A DNA stretch of 50,923 nucleotides, counting the filler, from Sphacelaria rigidula (lineage: Eukaryota): assembly GCA_964200075.2 (NCBI GenBank). It is 3 parts of 3 records of this genome, joined end to end, with 100 filler letters (N's around TTAATTAATTAA, not from the genome) between each part and the next. Parts side by side here need not be neighbours in the genome. Positions count along the whole stretch, not along the records: positions 17,018 to 33,922 come from CAXNAA020001220.1; positions 34,023 to 50,923 come from CAXNAA020001221.1; 1 more part is not named here. One strand, given 5' to 3'. The stretch's first letter is position 1; every line of letters begins with the position of its first letter. Made by a program: the position numbers and the translations under genes. A model generated the notes under the pieces. The model had not been told where the DNA came from. It searched no databases and saw nothing but the letters and a program-made list of their open reading frames with translations. This document shows positions 23,927 to 34,750 of the stretch, in pieces.

Positions 23927-24102
23927 GTGCTCCGTCTCGCTAGAGTTGCGTGGTCAATGGTCAAACGACTAAGGCAAGCAACAAATGAGTACCGCTCCCC
24001 TCCCCCCCCCCCCCCCCTACCGTGCTCCGTCTCGAAAGGGATGCGTGGTCAATGGTCAAATGACTAAGGCAAGCAACAAATGAGTACGCCCCCCCCTCCC
24101 CC
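23927..24102 (+). repeat. Family A repeat, tandem pair separated by a C-tract
   Basis: Copies at 23927-24017 and 24022-24102; both C-tracts end in CCCCTACCGT. Confidence 0.93.
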
Positions 24103-25218
24103 TACCGTACACGGCTAGTGGTGATGCAGCAGCAGCAGCAGCAGCAGCTTTCCCTTGTGCGATAAGCGGTTTGCGTTCCGACCGTGCGATAATGCCAACG
24201 CGTTTTGCGCATTGACTGTCGTCCTGCTGTGAATCCCTGGTGTGTTCGCATATAGTCGCGTCATGACGTCCTCATTATCACCTTCCTCAGGAAAGCCGGG
24301 TGATTTCTCGTGATTGTGAGCCTCACAGTGATCCGTCGTAGTCATTCACCGCAACCCCGCGAGCATAATTTCAAGGCTGCAACGACACCCACACCCACAC
24401 CACGAGCCTTTTGCCGGCCAATCGCCGCTATGACGACCTCTCGATAGCGGAGTGTGCGCAGATCCTGCAGATGATGAAGCAGCGGGTCATCTTGCATGTA
24501 CAAAATTAATTAGTTCAACCGCCCCCTGAGGGCTGGTCGTCCGAAACTCACTGTTCATCAAGTCGGTGAGGTGTGTCGCCTACATGTACTGTACAGAATC
24601 AAATGAAACACGAAGAGTTCGAAGCCCTACGATAACACGAAGTATTTTGCAGTTCCACAGCTCTGCAGCACATGACATATGCAGATCCAACACTTTTTGC
24701 GAGTCAACTTGCGAGAAAACTTTCAGATGCAGATCGTGGTCGTTTTCCAGATTAGGGCCCATCGGTCGACCATCGATGATAGAGTGGCTCATGGATTGGA
24801 GCAAATCTAGTTCATCTACCCGCGTATCCCCTTTATGCTTTTAGCATCCGCGGCCGACCGTTCCTAGAATCCGGCCTCTGATGGTACAGTCGTGCGAGGT
24901 TTTGGAGGATGGCGATAGCGTAAATATAAGTAGCTGCTAGTAGAGCAAGTGAGCCCTAAAATGGGTTATCCAAACTTGAGCTGTGACCAAAAGGATTGCA
25001 GTCGCCAAAAATGGTTGAGCGGGCGGAACTGAGAAGCAATCCCGAAGGGTTTCCATAGGACCGGTGTTATTCGTGCCTTTTTCGCATAGCCATGTTCCAG
25101 AAACGGTTCATGGGCGACCACGTAAGGCTTCTGCACGGTTCAGAGATGCCCATATGTGAGCTTACCCTGCACGTGAAAAGTTGGGGCAGTTTGTTGCCGA
25201 AGGCTTTCTTATTATCGA

Positions 25219-25468
25219 CGCTGGTTTTTCAGAGATCTCGGAAATATTCGGACTTTTTCGGACTCTGCGTTCGGACTTATCCCGAAAACTAGGGGGCTTG
25301 AATTTTTCCCCGAAGCTTCATTTCTGGAGACGTCCGATGAAAGTGGGACTCCAACGTAGCACCTTCGGAGAGCTTCCCTATGTGTGTGCCGTCACGGTCG
25401 TAGTCGTTCGAGAGTCATCAGGTACTTTGCCAGTCCCGAAAATTTCGGAGATCTCCGAAAAAACAGTG
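25219..25468. mobile_element. 250-bp MITE with C(A/G)CTG...CAGTG ends, possibly CMC/Chapaev-like
   Basis: TIR CGCTGGTTTTTCAGAGATCTCGGAAATATTCGGACT versus reverse complement CACTGTTTTTTCGGAGATCTCCGAAATTTTCGGGACT; TCGA on both flanks. Confidence 0.75.
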
Positions 25469-25928
25469 TCGATGATGATGGGCTCAAGTGTTCCAGACCC
25501 ACAACCGGACGAAGGTTCACCCCCCTGTGCCCAAGGCCCACCCTTCTGTGCCTTGGGCAGCGAGGGATAGTATGGGGGAAACACTCACCGCTGCGGGTCA
25601 GTGTGTGTTCTCTTGTGTGTACATGTGCCAGTTTGTGCTCCTCCTGCCCAGTTGGCTGTGAGGAGTTGAGGGGAGATTCTTCGCAAGCCTGAGGCATGAA
25701 ATGGAAGCACCAATCAACCATGCTAGTAAGCGCCGCCTGCGGCACGTTTAGTTCCCGTCAAATACGCCACCACCCCCTCAGCTGTTTCACAACAGCTGTG
25801 TACATTGGCGCGATGGTAATATTGTTCAGAGACGACGAAGCGCCACTGATTGTGAGTTATGCGGGGATAACTATGACACGCGGTATATGCGTGGCAACGA
25901 CCTCATCTGTGTCGGCGGTGCTTTTCAC

Positions 25929-26092
25929 ACCTTGAACAATATACAGTCAATAGTTGCAATAGACAAGAAACGTACTCCATAAAGTATAGGCGTATTACGA
26001 CTGTTGTCGGCCGGCAATAGTCACAATAGGCCTATACTTCATGCAGTACACTTCTCGTCTATTGCATCTATTGACCATATATTGTCCAGGGT
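25929..26092. mobile_element. 164-bp loop-less palindromic element (hairpin MITE)
   Basis: Two 82-bp arms, reverse-complementary without gaps about the centre CGG|CCG at 26010/26011; about 15 mismatches. Confidence 0.85.
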
Positions 26093-26444
26093 ATGGTGTT
26101 TTTCCACCGAAAACAACGATTCTGAACCCCCCTCATTTTGCTGCACGTTGAGCGCTAAACCAAAGAACAGCTCCTCTTAGCCACGAGCACCCGTTGCTCC
26201 ATCATCATGTGCACACGGAGAGATCAACATGTTTGCCGTTTTTTTGGCGGGCTTGGCCGAACCTCCAGACACTCACTTGTCCGTTTCATTCAATCCTCAA
26301 AAGCTGTTTGATTCCTCTGACAGCCGTTCTCTAGATGGTTGAGGTTCCAAAATGTCGAACGACCGGCCTCGGCCGATTCATTTCAATCCCGGCCAATTTT
26401 CGTATTAATGTGGTGACTTTGTTTTATCCGGTTGGTTCAATCCG

Positions 26445-26985
26445 CGGCGCCGCAGTGGCCTCATGGTAAAACCTGAACCACTAGGTCAGGAAATACGGGT
26501 TCGGTTGTCGGCGGGTTCATGAGTTTGTATATATTTTTTTTTCTGTAAAGGATATAATTTTCATGACTTCTGTTCTGTAAGATATACCGGCCGGAAGGTA
26601 GGCTATTTCACCTGTAAATGTTCTTCCCGATCAAACCGCAGTGTTCGGAGCGGGGATCTACAGCTTACGGAACCATACCTAGATATTTGATACGCCTTTA
26701 GTACGGTTTAGTGTGCTTGCAACAATTCTCCCATTTCCGGGTACGAATGTCCCGATATCCTACAGAACACACCGTCTTGCTGATTTACGTCGTTGGAAAC
26801 GTGAGAACGGGAGTGACCCAAAGAGATTATATTACTAGAGCCGCCTCGGTGCGGTAGTACTGATCCAATGTGCGAGGCGGGCACCGAGAGAGAGATGAGG
26901 TGATCCTTTGAGACCACGAACTCTTTCCCCAGATACATGTCGGGAAAGGGGAATGGTAAAAAATGACACGAGAAGAAACAAAAGG
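26445..26985 (+). mobile_element. tRNA-derived SINE family 2, diverged copy
   Basis: A-box-like TGGCCTCATGG and B-box-like GGGTTCGGTT; body AACGTGAGAACG...TTGAGACCACGAACTC matches the reverse complement of 40897-41208. Confidence 0.55.
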
Positions 26986-27879
26986 AAAGCACTCAAGACT
27001 TCATGATTAGCCGAGTCCATATTGTATCCTACGCATGATGAGATGAAATGTGATGAAGTATTGTATGTGGAGATTGCGCTCGTGATTACCCCGGGGATGG
27101 GAAGTAGCCGTCCCCGGTGGTCTACCCATCTCCTTCGCCTCCTGGAATCGGATTGCGATGCCCGTAGACATGGAATGTGAGTTAGACGGGTTCGCACTAC
27201 CTCTCATGTACTCAGGGCATTCAATCGCCCTCACGCGAGGAATGCGGGGAACAACATCCTCGCAAGCATTGTGTGAAGGGGATACAAAATCGCAGCCCCA
27301 CGGGCGCGAAGGGTCATGAGTCAAATAGCGCAGGATGCGGACGTTTGGTTGATACCTTTCACATCTTGCACGGGTATCGCTATTGGTTTGTAGTAGAGTC
27401 GATAGCACCCCCTCCCTGGGGCAGAGTAGCATTTTTCGGGGGGCAAACTAAGGTTTCCCAACTTGTGGGGGGGAGGGAGGGGTTGGGGGGCATGCTCTCG
27501 TGCTATTCCTGTTTTTCCCAACTCTCCGCGATTCGAGTATTTCAATACTGGAGCCTGTACAGTCAGAGTAAGTTGCCGTTAGTCTTCACCAGGTCACAAC
27601 GCCAGGTATTATCCCCAGGCATTATAGGGTGGGTACATTCGTTGAGGACGCCTTTTTGCCTTCCCCTGCCTACACATGCACTCGCCCCGCCCGAATCCTA
27701 TTGGTCATTGTTTTCTTGTATGCACTTGAAGGTATCATGCTCCGGATTTGCGACTCTACTCGAGTTGTGGGGTATTTCTACCTGAACAAAAAGAAAGCAG
27801 CGTACGTGGTTGAGGATCTACCCGTTGTCATTGCAAGGGTGACACAGCATCTGTAACTCTGGCACCCGTCGGATGCATG

Positions 27880-28360
27880 ATTTTTTTGGAGGCCAGGTCA
27901 TACAGGTGTGGGCGGGTGAACACATTTGTGTACAGGATTCGAATGACACAGCTCGACTGGTTACGGAACGATCCTCGTGTTCCGGGTATCATCGATCACG
28001 GGGGAGGTATCTTGTACAAGTTATGAGAATTCACAGGTTGTTGTTGACGTTTCGACTACACCTGATTCGGATTACGTAGGTGTTCCCAAGGAAGTGATGT
28101 ACGGATGAACAGAGTGTACAAATTACCCATGGCAGGCTTGCACGAATACTCGGGTCATACAGATCACCTTCAGGCAGACTTGTACGAATCACGCGGGTCA
28201 TACAGATCATACATCACGCCATGTGTGCAGAGCAACGGGGTTCCACAGGTCACCAAACGGGAAATGTGCATAGTTTGAACGGGTCATACGGACACAGATC
28301 AATCGCAGGTCACAAAGGTCATACGGCTGATCGTCGGGCAGGCTTGCGGGAGGTACCTGT
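27880..28360 (+). repeat. Degenerate tandem repeat with GGGTCATACAGATC core
   Basis: Core recurs near 27894, 28151, 28194, 28280 and 28316. Confidence 0.65.
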
Positions 28361-28592
28361 GCTTTATCAACGCTGGCAACGTACACGTCGATGACTCTCT
28401 TCAGGATTTTTCCGTCAGACGCTTGCCGAACAACGTCATGATGGGTCGATTGGACGTAGCTGTATTTTTTTTTTCCTTTTCCCGCCGCGCATGAGTGTGC
28501 AGCCTGAACGAGGAAACGGAAACAGTCGCCCGTACTGCCGCTGGCACAACAGAACATACGTGTCATCTACGCAAATCACGACCACTATTCCT

Positions 28593-28637
<45 letters not shown>

Positions 28638-28977
28638 CAAGGTTAGAAAAACTCCGCAGGCGGGAGCCGAGAGGCCCCCCCCGGCCGCGTAGGCCCCCCC
28701 CGGAGGGACTCTGCGGAGCGATTTATTGGGGGGTTTTCCTTTCAAAAAGACGCCTAGATTTTGTCAAAATGGGACCATTTTGACGGTATGAGCCCCGGGG
28801 TGACCACCCCCCCCCCCTACAAGAAAAAAAACAAATTCGCCTCCTGCGAAAAAAGTGCGGCCCAACTTTTTTTTCTTGCGGCAAGCCGCAGAGAGAAACT
28901 CCAAACAGCTGCGCATTGGCCACTTTTCCCTAATAATCTGCGCCAGCGCAGGCCCGCGTGGAGTTTTTCTAACCCTG
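28638..28977. mobile_element. 340-bp TIR element (hAT-like MITE) embedded in (CTA)n microsatellite
   Basis: TIR CAAGGTTAGAAAAACTCC / GGAGTTTTTCTAACCCTG; (CTA)n arrays at 28593-28637 and 28979-29019. Confidence 0.85.
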
Positions 28978-28978
28978 T

Positions 28979-29009
<31 letters not shown>

Positions 29010-29370
29010 AACTACTACTGCTGCCTCCGGAGTGCAAGAGTCCAGCTACGAGGACGATGGGCTGGCGTCCTACTGTTCCTGACTTTGTTGCGCAAAAAAG
29101 TGCCTGACGGTGGCCAATGCTGATGCTCAGAGGCCGCTGCTGTCGTTACTATTTGTGTGTGAACTAAGTGGGTGTTGCAATCAGCAAAACGGTGGGCGTG
29201 TTGCGAGATGGCCTCGCCCGTTAGGTTCATGACACGTCTCGTTTCGTCCACACAGATGTGAACGAACTGTGTTGAGCACCCGAGCAGATCAAAGTTTCCT
29301 GTGGGTGCATAGCTTCGGAAAAAAAATGGGCGCATGGAACCGCTCGGACTAAATTCGAAAGTGTGTGTAT

Positions 29371-29530
29371 GAAGCGGGTCCTGTAGATCGTTGGTCGGAA
29401 AATATGTACGGATCAAGCGGGCCCTACAGATCGTCGGTCGGCAAATATTCACGGGCCAAGCGGGTGCTACAGATCCCCACCGGACAAACGTGCACGGGTG
29501 ACAGCACACCGCGGACAGATCACCAGCTAT
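29371..29530 (+). repeat. ~43-bp degenerate minisatellite (3-4 units)
   Basis: AAGCGGG(T/C)CCT(G/A)(T/C)AGATCGT(T/C)GGTCGG(A/C)AAATAT...ACGG repeated head to tail. Confidence 0.8.
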
Positions 29531-29713
29531 GCCCCAAAGAAGTTGACCCGGATCTGTCACGAGCTGATCTGTCCGACGTGTGAACTCTGGCTATGTTTCG
29601 CTACCGTTGATCGCACGCACAGTGCAATATAAGGTACTATTTACCCCCCGAGGATGAAGTTTTGACGCCCTGGCGGGTGTTCAAGAGTCTTATTTGTTTT
29701 TACTTGTTTTCAG

Positions 29714-30615
29714 GAAGGAGGAAACCTGACCCAACACTTACTCCACAAGCGGGTTTGTGTGCCGCTCACCCAAGGGCTCGGCCACACTGCCTCGCTGCAG
29801 TCATGTGGGGTAGGCACCTCGAACGTTCGCAAGCTTTGCTTAAGGTAGTGTGGGGGTCGCACCCACTAAAAGCCCCAATCAACTTGGCGCAGTACACGCG
29901 CCACCATGCTCGTATGAGCTTCGGACCTAGTGTTTGACGTTTTGAGAGGTTGTTACATGATGTATCCCGATACAGGAGTGTACCATGGATAGGGAGATGG
30001 TACCAAGAATGGCTGGAAACCTAGCATTGAGGGTGCCATACAGAATATCGCTGGTATATCGACTCCCGGTGTTATACTGTCTAACCGACGGTATGTAGCG
30101 GGTGCAAGACGAACACTGCGGCTTGGATTTAGCCCTCCCCCATTCCAAGATAGACACGACGGGCGGGATTTTCCGTCCCCATCCTACCCTCGTGGCCGCT
30201 CCTTTTGCCCTATGTGTATGGTGAACTTCATCCCAGGCTTTGGCCATGGTGAAGTACTCGTATATTGGGGTGTTTTTCCGGCTGTAAAGGCACTACATGT
30301 GACCAAATGTGCGGAACCGGGTAAAAACAAATCTTTCGCCCTAAGCTCCCCACGAAGATCCATTGGGGACATGTGTAGCCACCATGGCTCGACAAACGCT
30401 CGAAAAATAGATGCCACTCGCCTCATAGTCGGGCGGGAACAAGAGCTCCAGGCCCCGCTTTCCCAGAATAGCTTGAGCCAGTTATCGTCAACTAGGTACC
30501 CCGGAGAGTTTTCTGGAACTGCACCTTTTCTGGAGTACCGTCATATCTCGGCAGGGCTATTAGTCGACCGCCGTCGTACCTTGTACACCCAGAGCGCATC
30601 GCTACGCAGCACGCA
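29714..30615 (+). CDS. Candidate upstream exons (29714-29752, 30237-30320, 30429-30615) of the acidic-protein gene
   Basis: AG/GT boundaries with mutually compatible phase 1 junctions; no recognisable domain. Confidence 0.35.
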
Positions 30616-31263
30616 GTGAGCGTGATTGCGGGATGCGCAGAGGAGATTGTTTGCCGGCTAGTTTTACTTCCACGAACGCAAGGATAAGCTATGCGCCTTT
30701 TTCTCGGAGAAATATTTCCGAGTTTTTCTGCACTCGGCGGCAGAACGTATTTATAGTGTTGGCACACAACTTGTCGGTGTTTTCGGGAGAACCTTGTGGT
30801 GCGTTGTGGTCCCGTCTATCGCCTATGGCCGTCGGGGTATCATGGATAGTGCAGCATGCATCACTGGATAGCTATGTAGCTCAAACGTGCGTACGGCACC
30901 GACGGTTCATCTATTTACCATCTAAAGCGATCATGTGCCAAGTGCACTTTGAGCACAGGGCATGTGCCTTCCTCCTGGAAGGTCTTGGGTGCGCCCCCGG
31001 GCTTCAGAAAAAAAAAGTGGCGTTTGTTCGTTAACATGCACCCATACAGCCATGCGCCCATGAAGCCACGTCTGAAAATCGTAATATTTCTTCTCGTGCA
31101 CCTTGTCATCTCGGGCGAACGGACCGTTATGGCTTGAGAGTCGAGAGCTTTCAATGTATTTTTTGCAGGTGAAAGGGACGCTGATTCAACAAGTCGACCG
31201 ACCGTCTTGGCAGGCAAAGCGTTGACTTGATCGTTTCGTTCCATGTCATTTTCTGCTGTGCAG

Positions 31264-33805
31264 ACTCAAACCGAGACCGAATTCATGGCACAAGCGGACG
31301 CAGCGGTTGTTGTGACGCCTGTGGACAATGACGACAGCAGGGGGTTCGAGGAGGCGGTCGGTGGCATCGCCGGCGGGTCAAGCGAGGTTACACCACCGCC
31401 GACGGTAACGATCGTAACACCGACCGCAACTGACGATTTGACTGATGACGGGTTCACCGACGGCGTTCCTTCGGAAGATATGGACACAGCGCGAAATGCG
31501 GAGATGGTGCGAAGTACGGGGATCGCACCACATGCACAGATCGCGCGAATAGAGGGGATTCACGGCGACGATGACAGCACCGTCAAATGTGAGGCGGATC
31601 CAACCGGTGCGGAGGGGGATAATGTATTATCAGGTGTCAAAGCTCTCGACGGCGGTCGTGACATTGTCAATAATGAGTGTAATCGTCATGAAGTTACAGT
31701 TGGCTCTAAAAACGGGTACGAAGGGTTTAATAGCGCATACAGTGATGACGCCATCGCTGGCTCTGCTCCGGAGAGCTCTTGTCCTGTTGGGTACGAGCGT
31801 GGCGCCGCCGATGGCAAATGCCCCTCTGGTGTTGGCGGTGACGATGATGCCACCTTCGGTGATGAGTCAACCGTCCCAGTAGATGGTGGTACTTTCGACG
31901 GCAGCGAGAGAGAAGACGAGGGAGAGACAGCTACAAGAGCAACCACAACACCGTCAGACGTGATGGTGGATGGGGGTCGCGCTGCCAAGCAGGAACGAGA
32001 AAAAGGATCAGACGACGAGCGACCCGGCCGTGACACTGGCAGCCGCGGTGCGCTCATGGATGATGCAGTGCGAGATGAGCCTAGGCAAGGGGGGGGGAAC
32101 GGCGATGGTAGCCATGTTACTCAAGTGACGCTTGTTGACTCAACAACATCGTTTGATGGCGAAGGGAAAGGGTTCATAATGCCGTTGGACGTCGCGAACA
32201 CCAAAGACGACGAAGACGATGATAGCCATGGCGATTGGCCCATCTGCATCGAAAGCGATCAAGTCCGGGAAGAAGCCGCAGAGTTCGTGGTGCCGGTGGC
32301 AGAACCTCCGGCGCCAGCAGCACAACAGGCCGATCTTGGCACGAAGGGAAGGCTGAACCTGATGCATGCGAGCAGTGGCAATCTTCTGTCACTGTTGAGT
32401 GGGGGGATGAAGCCGGGGGGCGGGGGCGGAATAGTGCACGGTGAGTTGTTCGCTCGTGAGCATGGAAGGGGAAGTAAAGTGAGGAACGGGTGCAGGTGAA
32501 GCACCAACCGTTGCTGGGCAGAAAGTGGGAGAGCAACACAAGTGCTCTTAAGGGACGTTCGATGGTGGAAGGTAGATGAGGGATAGACAGGGGCTTCGCA
32601 CTTGATCAATCATGAGTAACGGAATCTCTCCGATAAGGGAGATGGATTTCTAACTTTGTGCTCCTTTCATTATGCAACACCATACACTGCGTGACGCGAT
32701 GGTATTTATTTCATGGTGATTACATTTTCTGTGTTCCTTCATTTCTTCTGCGGTGATATGTTCTTCACACCCGGGCAGTCAGTCCACGGTATAAGTAATA
32801 GCGATGTATCCCCCGCGTCATCAGGAGGACCATGTATCGCCTATTCCCGAGATGCTCCACGGACTGCTGCGACCAACGATCGTTTCAGGTACAGAACCAT
32901 CTGTTGTGCCCTCGGCAGCAGGTGTCGCGGAAACCCTTACAGTGCCGGAGCAAGCACGACGAGCAACAGCAGGTTCCGGATCGTCAAGAGCGTCTCCCGA
33001 TCAAATGTCGTTGCCATCATTGCACGAAGAGACTGCCGTCCTTCCAGATCCGGGAGGAAACGTGAAACAACGACGGCGTTCAATTATTTCTGAGGGCGCC
33101 CCCTTCGTGATGGATAACAACAGCAACACTAACAATGGGGCCACCGATGTCGATGACGGTTTCAGAAACGGGCGAGAAGCCAGCGACGGACAGCCAACAA
33201 CATCATCAGCGCCGAGCACAACGGAAGAGTACCGATCTGTTCCGTTGGAGGCAGCGGGAACCGCGCCGAAGACCGTTTTCGATGCCGTCCCGGGAAACGC
33301 TCGATTACGCGGTCAGGTGTGTGACCCCGATAAACGAGGTGTGGTCGGCGATACTGAGTGACGGGCGTGTACAGTATTGGAAAAAAACAATACTTGATGT
33401 TGAGTGCGTCCGACATTCGTGTTTCCTTGTCTGCTTCCTGTCCTCGTCATTTTTTCATGCTCCCCTCATCCAGGACGATCCAAGTAGCACTTCCAGGAAC
33501 GACATCCCGCAGAATGGATCAAATACTGTTGCGGAAGTGGGTTCAGAGCACGCTCCAGGATCATTACCGAGCTTGCCTACCTCCCACCCTGGTGGTGGCG
33601 ATCATGTCGGCGGCGCGAACAATGACAAGTGCGAGGTCGGTATGCCTAGGACCGCCACGGATGTGCTGTTGCAGTTAGCTGGGGACTGTGAGGATGATGA
33701 CCTGGATATGTATGGGGACGAATCCGCCCATCCATCGGATTTTGGTACTTCGGAGACTGTTCGACAGGACTTTCGGGTTCCGGCATCCGCAGGGTCAAGT
33801 CGATT
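31264..33805 (+). CDS. Multi-exon gene (partial), long acidic Asp/Gly/Ser/Thr-rich, probably disordered protein
   Basis: Exons 31264-32440 (TGCAG / GTGAGT), 32889-33316 (TTTCAG / GTGTGT), 33474-33805 (TCCAG / GTAAGC, or stop at 33807-33809) join in frame; matches the 418-, 185- and 224-aa ORFs. Confidence 0.8.
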
Positions 33806-33851
33806 GTAAGCGCCTTTTTTTTGCCCCCCCCCCTCCCCTCCCTCTTCTTGC

Positions 33852-33922
33852 AAGGGATGCGTGGTCAATGGTCAAACGACTAAGGCAAGCAACAAATGAG
33901 TACGCCCCCCCCCCCCCCCCCC
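33852..33922 (+). repeat. Family A repeat at scaffold end
   Basis: AAGGGATGCGTGGTC...ATGAGTACG-C(n) running into the gap. Confidence 0.92.
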
Positions 33923-34022
33923 NNNNNNNNNNNNNNNNNNNNNNNNNNNNNNNNNNNNNNNNNNNNTTAATTAATTAANNNNNNNNNNNNNNNNNNNNNN
34001 NNNNNNNNNNNNNNNNNNNNNN
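33923..34022. other. Artificial scaffold linker (N44-TTAATTAATTAA-N44)
   Basis: Same 100-nt structure as 16918-17017. Confidence 0.97.
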
Positions 34023-34113
34023 CATGATAACGCATGTTTTAGCTATTATAGCATTTACCTCGTAACTCTACAAAGCCGGGACGGAGCACGCCGGGTTTTC
34101 GCCGGACCAGGCT
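34023..34113 (-). repeat. Family B repeat at scaffold start
   Basis: GGTTTTCGCCGGACCAGGCT is matched in reverse complement by the last 20 bp of the window; contains GACGGAGCACG, the reverse complement of the 5' end of family A. Confidence 0.6.
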
Positions 34114-34750
34114 CGCACTCACTCACTCGGGGGGAGTGGGGAGGGTCATTTTTTCCTACAAAAAATAATACCTCTCAAAAAAGAGAGAGAGCGGGAACAC
34201 GGGCACAGCACCGGTGTGTTTGCGGGAAAAGCCACTGACGTTGTCAGGTAGCTCTGAAAACGAAGGAACGACCGATTTCTTTCAAGTGCAAACGACAGAG
34301 CGGCGGTAGAGAAAGCTGGTGGGTAGGGTTCCAAAAGATTAAACTGTTGGCTCCATGTTTAAGGCAGCTGTGCTGCACGTTCAAGTGACGGTTCCACAAT
34401 AAACAACAGAAGAAAAAAGAAGTACGTCTTGAACAAATTACACGTGCCGCTCGAGGAAAGCGACGCTGAGATCGCGTCAAATTGCGTAACAGTGGCCAAG
34501 AGAAGAGCTGAAAGACGCGGGTGGACACCATCGGCCGCGTGCGAAAGCAGCGACCCGATCAATATATGTTACCCCAACGGTGAACGATAAACTTACCTTG
34601 AACCGGGCTTACACCCTTCCCTGGGATGATGATGATCACATTCAATATCTTCTGATGAGAAAATACGGGGAGCCTCCAGTAGGCACCGTGTACGGGGGGC
34701 ATCTAGTCTATGTGCATCTCTTTTACGGACATCTATTATACTATATATAC

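Noticed and set aside
24115-24850. Protein-like minus-strand stretches (DTRVDELDLLQSMSHS...)
   Set aside because: Interrupted by stops, no consistent splice model and no recognisable family; too weak to call.
29371-29530. CRISPR-like array
   Set aside because: Units are degenerate along their whole length with no unique spacers; eukaryotic context and no cas genes.
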